In this document: positions 1 to 6,741 of the stretch, piece after piece
How positions within the stretch are numbered: position 1 is the stretch's first letter
Layout: each line of letters starts with the position of its first letter
Source of the DNA: Archangiaceae bacterium
Lineage (GTDB): Bacteria > Myxococcota > Myxococcia > Myxococcales > Myxococcaceae
Direction: 5' to 3'
Length of the DNA: 18,609 bases
Assembly: GCA_043750125.1 (NCBI GenBank)
Contig: JAYVCD010000011.1
Coordinates: 1 to 18,609 of the forward strand
Position numbers and translations under genes: made by a program
Notes under the pieces: model-generated
The model's database searches: none
What the model was told of the DNA's origin: nothing
What the model saw: only the letters and a program-made list of their open reading frames with translations

Positions 1-242
1 GCGCTCAGCGATCGTTGGGATCGCGCACTTCAACTCACGCTCGCGCCACTTCGCCATGATGTCCGAGTCGCTGCTTGATCAGCATGAGAGCCCGACCCGC
101 GTCATTCGGAGTGGGCTGGGGGGTTGATACTGATCTGTGGGCCGGGCCCATGAATGACTTTGGCGGGATCCTTGGGCCTGCCGCCCTCCGAGCAAAATTT
201 GGATTGAATCTCCAACTCGTTCGAATCGGTTACACCTTTTGA
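1..242 (+). pseudogene. Possible 3' end of an outer-membrane beta-barrel gene, frameshifted near 60-78 (truncated by window edge)
   Basis: Frame 1 reads ALSDRWDRALQLTLAPLRHDVRVAA* (TGA 76-78). Frame 3 is open 60-242 and reads LISMRARPASFGVGWGVDTD...GLNLQLVRIGYTF*, ending in a G-Y-x-F beta-signal-like terminus. Codon usage is weaker than in neighbouring genes. Not in the ORF track. Confidence 0.3.
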
Positions 243-276
243 GTGGGAGCTGTCCTGGCCCTTTCAGTGCGATGTC

Positions 277-297
277 GTCGACGTGATGTCCGTCGAC
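277..297. terminator. Perfect 7-bp inverted repeat (possible terminator/stabilising hairpin)
   Basis: GTCGACG-tgatgtc-CGTCGAC, ~35 nt downstream of the ABC ATPase stop. No U-tract. Confidence 0.25.
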
Positions 298-331
298 CTC
301 GGCGAAGAACACCCTGGATCGAGCAACGAGC

Positions 332-1243
332 TCAGGTCAGCTGAAGCACTTTCTCTTCCAGCCGCTTGCCGCGCGAGACGCCCAAAATCAGCACCTGCCG
401 CTGCACCAGCAACCCGACCGTGCGGGTGATGATGTCTTCGGGCTGAACCGCCTGCCCATCGAAGTGCACCACCAGCACCGTGTTGTTGTTCTCCAGCGAA
501 GCGGTGCGGCAGCCGGACAGCGCCTTCACTTCGTCCAGCGGCACCGGCCCCTTCGCAATCTGCACCCGGAACTCGGCCAATTGCCCGGTCATCTCGGACA
601 TCGTTCCGGCTTTGACCAGCTTTCCCTTGTCGAGGATCGCAGTCGAATCGCACAGCTCTTCGAGCTCTTGCAGGTTGTGGCTCGAGACCACCACCGTCGC
701 GTTGCCCTTCAGCTCGCGAATCAGCTGGCGAACCGCGGCCGCAATCTTCGGATCCAGCCCCGCGGTCGGCTCATCGAGAAAGACGACCGGCGGGCGCCCC
801 ATCAGCGCCTGCGCCATCGCGATTCGCTTCGCCATTCCGTGAGACATCGCTCCGGCGGGCACCGCCCAGGTCTCGGGCAGCAACACCCGCTCGAGCACCG
901 CGCGCGCTTCCTTTTCCGGCTCGGGCAGCCCTGACAGCCGCGCCAGGTAGGTCAACAGCGCGCCCACTGGCCACGCAGGCGGCAGCACCGCGTCTTGCGG
1001 CAGCACTCCGACCTTTCCTTTGAGCGCCCCCGGTTCCGTCGGGTCTGCGCCCAGCACCCGAATCGTGCCCGCGGTGGGGAACAGAAAGCCGCACATCATC
1101 GAGAAGGTGGTGGTCTTGCCCGCCCCGTTGGGGCCGATCAACCCGTAGCACTCGCCCTCGGCGACGGTGAACGTCACTCCGTCGACCGCCACCTTGGGGC
1201 CGAAGTGCTTGCTCACGCCTTTGATCTCGATCGCGGCGCTCAT
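332..1243 (-). CDS. ABC transporter ATP-binding protein (ABC-2/BcrA/GldA-like exporter family), 303 aa
   Basis: Real start is ATG 1243 (MSAAIEIKGVSKHFG), overlapping the permease stop as ATGA. Walker A GPNGAGKT, Q-loop VLPQD, signature variant MSHGM, Walker B VVFLDEP, H-loop SSH. Confidence 0.93.
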   Translation of the reverse strand: MSAAIEIKGVSKHFGPKVAVDGVTFTVAEGECYGLIGPNGAGKTTTFSMMCGFLFPTAGTIRVLGADPTEPGALKGKVGVLPQDAVLPPAWPVGALLTYLARLSGLPEPEKEARAVLERVLLPETWAVPAGAMSHGMAKRIAMAQALMGRPPVVFLDEPTAGLDPKIAAAVRQLIRELKGNATVVVSSHNLQELEELCDSTAILDKGKLVKAGTMSEMTGQLAEFRVQIAKGPVPLDEVKALSGCRTASLENNNTVLVVHFDGQAVQPEDIITRTVGLLVQRQVLILGVSRGKRLEEKVLQLT

Positions 1244-2172
1244 AGGTCCCTTCGCCGCAGCGCCAGGTGGGCCAGCCCCAGGAACACCAGAGCGAAGCCC
1301 AGGTGCACCATCGCCGCCGAAAGAAAGCGCGCCGGCTCGGGGTGGAGCAGATCCTGACCGAAGTTCCACACCGAGCCGTAGCGCATGTAGCCGACCCACG
1401 ACTCGCCCTTGATGCTCGCCAGCGACCCGAACGCCGCCTCTTCCCCCGGCAACCGGACCAGGTTCCCGATGAACGACATCGACCAGATGACGAACAGCAA
1501 GATCACGTTCAACACCAGGCTCACTCCCGACTGCCGGGTCACCGCCGAGCACAGCGACGAGAGCCCCAGGTACGCGAGCGCAAAGACCACCAGCACCACG
1601 CACAGCTTCAAGCCGACGGTCACGGCGGCGAGCAGGGTGAAGTCGGCGTTGAGCACCTTCGCCACCGCCACCATCATCACCGTACACAGCACCAGCAGCC
1701 CGCTGGCCAGCGTCGCCTGCGCTGCGAACTTGCCGATCAAGATGCTCGAGCGCTTCACCCGGACCACGAGGTAGCGAATCGACTTCGGGCCGATCTCTCC
1801 GGAAATCTGATCGAAGCTCATCAGCGCGATGAACAGCGGCGCGAAGACCATCGTGAGCTTGAAGACGACGAACAGCACCAGCGGCATCGCCGACAGCCAC
1901 TCGAGCAGCTGATCGTCATCGGTGAAGAACGTCGACAAGAACTTCTTTCGTCCCTCGATCGCCTGGGTCGCAGCCGCGGCGGCGTCGACCTGTCCCGCGG
2001 CGACCGCCTGGTCCACCTGCGAGTTCAGCTGATGGTTGATCGACCCGACGATGGTCAGCGCCAGTCCGGTGAAGAGCAGGAACAAGATCAGCAGCACGAT
2101 CACCCGGCCGCCCTTCAGCGCCCGGCCGATTTCTCCTCGCCAGATCTCTTTGATTTCCCGGATGTCGTCCAA
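1240..2172 (-). CDS. ABC-2 family transporter permease, ~310 aa
   Basis: About six hydrophobic segments. DQISGEIGPKSIRYLVVRVKRSSILIGKF matches the ABC-2 permease loop. Coupled to the ATPase. TTG start is uncertain. Confidence 0.88.
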   Translation of the reverse strand: MDDIREIKEIWRGEIGRALKGGRVIVLLILFLLFTGLALTIVGSINHQLNSQVDQAVAAGQVDAAAAATQAIEGRKKFLSTFFTDDDQLLEWLSAMPLVLFVVFKLTMVFAPLFIALMSFDQISGEIGPKSIRYLVVRVKRSSILIGKFAAQATLASGLLVLCTVMMVAVAKVLNADFTLLAAVTVGLKLCVVLVVFALAYLGLSSLCSAVTRQSGVSLVLNVILLFVIWSMSFIGNLVRLPGEEAAFGSLASIKGESWVGYMRYGSVWNFGQDLLHPEPARFLSAAMVHLGFALVFLGLAHLALRRRDL

Positions 2173-2213
2173 AGCGAGTCGGCTTGTATAAGGGGGAGCC
2201 TGCTTTCGCTACG

Positions 2214-2244
2214 CCGCAATCAGCCCCGCTGAATTGATTGGCGG
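2214..2244. promoter_or_regulatory. Imperfect inverted repeat in divergent promoter region (candidate operator)
   Basis: CCGCAATCA (2214-2222) ... TGATTGGCGG (2235-2244, one extra G), with an overlapping TCAGC-ccc-GCTGA palindrome (2220-2232). Confidence 0.3.
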
Positions 2245-2275
2245 GACGCGGCAGACAGGGAAGACTTGGCCTCAA

Positions 2276-3490
2276 GTGAGATGCGCGCTGTTCGGAGTGC
2301 TGTGGGCCTGTGCCGCTCTCGCCCAGAGCGATGGGGGCCTGTGCATTCCGAGCCGGCTCACCGCGCCTCCGCTGGCGAGCGCCAAGGCCCTGGCCCCGCA
2401 ATTCGATTTGCTCACGCTCGCCTCGGTGGGCGACGACGGCCGGCTGTGGGCTCCGCACAACGAGGTCAGCCAGGCGCTGACCATCGTTCCGATGCTGCAA
2501 ACCGAGCTCACCAAGCTGCTGAAGCTGTACCAGACTCCCTACGCCGCGGTGGTCGCGATCGAGCCGTCGACCGGGCGGGTGCTTGCGATGGCCGAGCACA
2601 GCGAAGCGAATCCCGGGCTGCGCGGGCTGTGCACCAAGGCGATGTACCCCGCGGCGTCGATCTTCAAGATCATCACCGCCGCCGCGCTGCTCGAGCTCGG
2701 AGTGCCGCCCGAGGCGACCACCTGCTTCCACGGGGGCAAGCGCAAGCTGACTCCCGCGCTGCTCGAGGACTCAGAGAAAGACTTTCGCTGCGACACGATG
2801 GGCACTGCGATGGCCAGCAGCTCGAACGTCGTCTTCGCCAAGCTCGCCCGTCAGCACCTCGACTCGACGAAGCTGCTCGCGATGGCGAAGGCCTGGCGCT
2901 TCAACACCCCGGTCGATTTTCCGGTGCCCACCGAGATGTCGCTGGCCGGAATTCCCGACGACGACTTCGGCTTCGCCCAGGCTGGCGCAGGCTTCGGCGA
3001 TGTCTTCATGTCCCCCCTGCACGGGGCTCTGCTCGCATCCGCGGCGGCCAACGCCGGGGTGTGGCGCGCGCCCGTGCTCTTCGAGTGCGACGCTCCCAAA
3101 GAGCCCAACGACGCCGAACGGGTGATGTCCCTGGGAGCGGCCACCCAACTGCAGGCGATGCTCGCCCAGACCGTGCAGTCCGGCACCGCCCGCCGCGTCT
3201 TTCACGAACGGGGCTTCTCGCTGGCCGACGCCGCGGGAAAGACCGGGTCCCTGGCCGACAAGAAGCCGTTTCGCGACTACTCGTGGTTCATCGGCTACGC
3301 GCCGGCCAGCGATCCGAAAATCGCGGTGGCCGCGGTGATCGTCAACGACTCGCACTGGAGAATCCGCGCCACCTGGCTGGGGCGCGAGGCGATGCGGCTC
3401 TACCTCAACCGCTCAGCTCCACCAGGCCCTGCTCTAAAAACCGCTGGAAGTGCGCCAGCGCATCCAGTTCCCGAAGCGGCGACACATTGA
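2276..3490 (+). CDS. Penicillin-binding protein, transpeptidase domain only, exported
   Basis: SxxK (ASIFK), SxN (SSN) and KTG (KTGS) motifs are intact, plus AVVAIEPSTGRVLAMA and WFIGYAP. GTG 2276 gives a signal peptide ending AALA|Q. The ORF extends upstream to TTG 2234, so the start is uncertain. Confidence 0.9.
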   Translation: MRCALFGVLWACAALAQSDGGLCIPSRLTAPPLASAKALAPQFDLLTLASVGDDGRLWAPHNEVSQALTIVPMLQTELTKLLKLYQTPYAAVVAIEPSTGRVLAMAEHSEANPGLRGLCTKAMYPAASIFKIITAAALLELGVPPEATTCFHGGKRKLTPALLEDSEKDFRCDTMGTAMASSSNVVFAKLARQHLDSTKLLAMAKAWRFNTPVDFPVPTEMSLAGIPDDDFGFAQAGAGFGDVFMSPLHGALLASAAANAGVWRAPVLFECDAPKEPNDAERVMSLGAATQLQAMLAQTVQSGTARRVFHERGFSLADAAGKTGSLADKKPFRDYSWFIGYAPASDPKIAVAAVIVNDSHWRIRATWLGREAMRLYLNRSAPPGPALKTAGSAPAHPVPEAATH

Positions 3491-4553
3491 TGATCGTCGG
3501 CAGGTCTCGCTTTCCATCGAAGCGCGAGAGCAGGTAGCGCTCGGGAGCCGTCAGCGGCAACGCCTTCAGCTTCGACGGAGGCACCTTCAGCATCGGGATT
3601 TTCTTGTCCCCCAGCAGCTGCGCGCGAAGGGCCGCCAGCCAGGTCGCTTCGGCCAGCCCGATCAGCGTCTGCGTCTCGGCCGACGCTCCCAGCTCGTTGG
3701 CCTGTCGCGCCGCGGCCAGCGCTTCGCGGTGGCTCCCCTTCGAAAGGCAGGCCCGGGCGTGGTCCATCGCCTGCTGCGCCGACACGCCTTCGTCGATCTC
3801 CAGCGGGTCGAACATCGAGGCCATCTCGATGTCCAGCGCCCCGTCGAGGTTCTCGGCCGTCACCGCGTCGAGCCGGTGCAGCGCGAAGAGCCGCTGGTAC
3901 ATGAAGAAATCGGTCGCGTGCAGGGCCAGCACCAGCTCATCGATGGTGTGGCCCCCTTCGATCATCGCGCACAGCTTCTCGTCCAGAGATCCGGGCCGTG
4001 GCTCTTCGGCCAGCCGCGAACGATCGAGCTTCAGCGTGCACGACCCGCGCGGAAAGACTGCCCGGATCGCCTGCCAGACCGTCTGGCGGAACTCGCCTTC
4101 CTTGTGAATCTCAGGCAGCGGAATCTTCAGCTCGAGGCCCTGGGGGATTTCGGGCATTTTCTCCGACTCGAAGGCGAAGGTCCCGCTCTCCCACTGAAAG
4201 GCCTCGAGCAGCGTCTCGCGCATCTTCAGCGACAGCGCGTGGCGCACCGTCTCTTCGGAGACCGCTCCAATCATCACCAGAATCTGGCCGAGGAAGACCT
4301 TGGTCTCGCGCTGGGTGACGTAGGCGCGGTTGAACTGCTCTTCGGTGATCTTCCCCAGGTTGATCAGGAACTGCCCCAGGTACTCGCGCGGCTCGTTCGA
4401 GCTGGCGTTGATCGCCTCGCCGTTGACGATGATCACCTGCTTTCGGACCACGTCGCGCTGCAGGCTCAAGACGCCGCTGGCTTTCTTGTTGCCCAGGTAG
4501 ACGACCAGGTCTTTGAGGGGCATCGTCGCGAAGTCACCGAAGAGGCCTCTCAT
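3405..4553 (-). CDS. DUF4388 (PatA-N-like) domain protein with TPR-like helices and C-terminal winged-helix-like region, 382 aa
   Basis: N-terminal GDFATMPLKDLVVYLGNKKASGVLSL ... FQWESGTFAF is typical of DUF4388. C-terminal LTAPERYLLSRFDGKRDL...GLVEL. Confidence 0.85.
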   Translation of the reverse strand: MRGLFGDFATMPLKDLVVYLGNKKASGVLSLQRDVVRKQVIIVNGEAINASSNEPREYLGQFLINLGKITEEQFNRAYVTQRETKVFLGQILVMIGAVSEETVRHALSLKMRETLLEAFQWESGTFAFESEKMPEIPQGLELKIPLPEIHKEGEFRQTVWQAIRAVFPRGSCTLKLDRSRLAEEPRPGSLDEKLCAMIEGGHTIDELVLALHATDFFMYQRLFALHRLDAVTAENLDGALDIEMASMFDPLEIDEGVSAQQAMDHARACLSKGSHREALAAARQANELGASAETQTLIGLAEATWLAALRAQLLGDKKIPMLKVPPSKLKALPLTAPERYLLSRFDGKRDLPTIINVSPLRELDALAHFQRFLEQGLVELSG

Positions 4554-4575
4554 CTCGAAAACCAGTTTTGACGAA

Positions 4576-4818
4576 ATGCACGTCGAGATCTACACCAAAC
4601 CCGATTGCCCCCTCTGCGACGAGGGCAAAGAGCTTGTCGAAGTCGCACAAGACGAGCTGGGGTTCGAGCTCGTCCTCCACAACATCCTGTCCAATGAAGC
4701 CTGGCACGCCGAGTTTCGGTACTTCGTGCCGGTGGTCTTCATCAACGGGGTACGGGCGCTCGAGCTGCGATTTACCTCGGAGCAGCTTTCGGCCGCGTTA
4801 AGAGCAGCCGCTCCATGA
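4576..4818 (+). CDS. Glutaredoxin-like protein (DUF836/glutaredoxin 2 type), 80 aa
   Basis: MHVEIYTKPDCPLCD has a CxxC motif, with the cis-Pro motif VPVVFING. ATGA overlap with the downstream gene. Confidence 0.88.
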   Translation: MHVEIYTKPDCPLCDEGKELVEVAQDELGFELVLHNILSNEAWHAEFRYFVPVVFINGVRALELRFTSEQLSAALRAAAP

Positions 4819-6077
4819 GCGACTTTCCCGCGTTCCGCACCGTGCCCCGCACCGGGGTGATCTTCGTCACCACCGAGGCGACCCGGCTGGGGTTCTCGGC
4901 CCGCGATCCCCAGTGGTGCAACCTGGGCCAGGGCCAGCCCGAGACCGGCGAATTGCCCGGCTCTCCCCCTCGAATTCAGCGCATTGAAATCGATGTCGAC
5001 GATCAAGAGTACGCCCCGGTCGCCGGGCTGTGGGAACTGCGCGAGCAGGTCGCCGGCTTCTACAACCGCACCTACCGGCAGGGGCTCAAGTCTCAATATT
5101 CGGCCGAGAACGTCGCCATCTCGGGCGGGGGCAGGGCGGCGCTCACCCGGGCCGCCGCCGCGCTGGGCCACATCAACCTCGGCCATTTTCTACCCGACTA
5201 CACCGCCTACGAAGAGCTGCTCGACGTCTTCAAGGCCTTCACCGCGATTCCGATTCTGCTCGAGGGAGACCGCGGGTACGCCTTCAGTGGCGAGGATCTC
5301 AAGCGGGAAATTCAGGGCCGCGGCTTGTCCGCGCTGCTGCTCTCGAATCCCTGCAACCCGACCGGCAAGGCGATTGGAGGCGAGGAGCTGGCCCAATGGG
5401 TCGGCACGTCCCGCGCGCTCGAGTGCTCGATGCTGGTCGACGAGTTCTACAGCCACTACTTGTGGAACGCGCCCCCGGGCCGACTGCCGCTCGAGAGCGC
5501 GGCCCGCTACGTCGAGGACGTGAACCGAGATCCGGTGGTGATCTTCGACGGGCTGACGAAGAACTGGCGCTACCCCGGCTGGCGGGTGACCTGGACCCTG
5601 GCGCCCCGAACGGTGATCGACGCTGTCGCGTCGGCGGGCAGCTTTCTCGATGGCGGAGCGGGCAAGCCGATTCAGCGCGCGGCGATTGGCCTGCTCGAGC
5701 AGGACCACGTGATTGCCGAGACCCAGGCGATTCACACCACCTTTCGCGAGAAGAAAGACCTGATGGTCGCCGGGCTGTCGAAGCTCGGAGTGCGGATGGA
5801 TCGTCCCCCCGACGGCACCTTCTACGTCTGGGGAGACGTGTCGCACCTGCCGCCGCCGCTGAACGAAGGCATGGGCTTCTTCCGCGCCGCCCTCGAGAAA
5901 AAGGTGATCGTCGTCCCGGGGGAGTTCTTCGATGTGAACCCGGGCAAGCGCCGCAGCTCGCGCAGCTCACGCTTTCGGCAGTACGTGCGGTTCAGCTTTG
6001 GCCCCTCGCGGCCCAACCTCGAGCTCGCGCTCGGCCGGCTGGCACAGCTGATTGCCGAGGCGGGGTCCCGGACTTAG
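4815..6077 (+). CDS. PLP-dependent aminotransferase class I/II, 420 aa
   Basis: NLGQGQP, SNPCNPTG, DEFY, DGLTKNWRYPGWR (PLP lysine), GTFYVW and VRFSF motifs. Confidence 0.92.
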   Translation: MSDFPAFRTVPRTGVIFVTTEATRLGFSARDPQWCNLGQGQPETGELPGSPPRIQRIEIDVDDQEYAPVAGLWELREQVAGFYNRTYRQGLKSQYSAENVAISGGGRAALTRAAAALGHINLGHFLPDYTAYEELLDVFKAFTAIPILLEGDRGYAFSGEDLKREIQGRGLSALLLSNPCNPTGKAIGGEELAQWVGTSRALECSMLVDEFYSHYLWNAPPGRLPLESAARYVEDVNRDPVVIFDGLTKNWRYPGWRVTWTLAPRTVIDAVASAGSFLDGGAGKPIQRAAIGLLEQDHVIAETQAIHTTFREKKDLMVAGLSKLGVRMDRPPDGTFYVWGDVSHLPPPLNEGMGFFRAALEKKVIVVPGEFFDVNPGKRRSSRSSRFRQYVRFSFGPSRPNLELALGRLAQLIAEAGSRT

Positions 6078-6673
6078 GCGGCGATCTGAGTCGAGTCTGA
6101 CGTCTTCCAGAACGTGACCACCGAGCCGTCGACTTCGGCTCGAAACCCGAACGGACAGCGGCTGGCGACGGCCCGGGCGGTCTCGGCCGCGGACGTGTTC
6201 TCGTCCAGCGTCAGGCTCGAGCGACGGGAATCCACCAGCAAAGTCAGAAAGCAGCGTGAGCGGGTCGCTCCGAGGAACTCGACCTGGTTGGCATCGAGCA
6301 TTCGAACCCGCTGTCCCAGGTCGGTCGTCAGCACCTGCACCCGGGGCCGGCGCGCGGCGGGGATGACGGTCTGGGTGAACTTCAGCTCAGTGCTGATTTC
6401 ACTCGAGTGGGCATCGACGAAGACTCCGCGGGGCAAGGCGCGGCTCAGGGCGCGCAGCGCATCTGGACCCCGACTGCCCAGCGCCAGCGGGACTTCGGTC
6501 TCTTCTTCGCCCGAGCGGAAGTGGAGCGTCGTCCCGAGCGGAAAGACGTGCTCGACCTTTCCCGAGACGACGAACCGGTCGCTCGCGCGCGGAAAAATCT
6601 TCAGCGACGCGTCGTCACACCACAGGCCAAAACGGGGAACGGCCGAACGAAAAGGCAGAAGCTCGAGCGACAT
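6074..6673 (-). CDS. Hypothetical protein made of two diverged ~90-aa repeats, 199 aa
   Basis: Likely ATG 6673 (MSLELLPF). Fills the gap, and its stop overlaps the aminotransferase stop (TTAG). The two halves align: PR-x6-D-x16-G...L-x10-RA-x5-PxG. Confidence 0.7.
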   Translation of the reverse strand: MSLELLPFRSAVPRFGLWCDDASLKIFPRASDRFVVSGKVEHVFPLGTTLHFRSGEEETEVPLALGSRGPDALRALSRALPRGVFVDAHSSEISTELKFTQTVIPAARRPRVQVLTTDLGQRVRMLDANQVEFLGATRSRCFLTLLVDSRRSSLTLDENTSAAETARAVASRCPFGFRAEVDGSVVTFWKTSDSTQIAA

Positions 6674-6712
6674 GCCGCCGGTGTACACCCATGTCCGGTC
6701 GGGATTCGAGCC

Positions 6713-6738
6713 CCCGCCCAAACATCAGCAATGGCGGG
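6713..6738 (-). terminator. GC hairpin just downstream of the Cys-rich lipoprotein stop
   Basis: CCCGCC (6713-6718) / GGCGGG (6733-6738), 3 nt after TAA. No U-tract. Confidence 0.25.
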
Positions 6739-6741
6739 TGC

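Noticed and set aside
1-57. Minus-strand start MAKWRERELKCAIPTIAER running off the window
   Set aside because: Only 19 codons visible, weak RBS and no recognisable motif. Cannot be excluded, but the + strand reading is better supported.
1244-1900. N-terminal extension of the 522-aa ORF 332..1900
   Set aside because: Out-of-frame read of the permease. The ATPase starts at ATG 1243.
332-2172. Calling the ABC pair pilH/pilI or gldA/gldF
   Set aside because: Family-level similarity only, with no pil or gld context.
6695-6716. GGGATTCGAGCCC resembling a tRNA T-arm or att site
   Set aside because: No cloverleaf, T-loop consensus is broken, and there is no integrase nearby.
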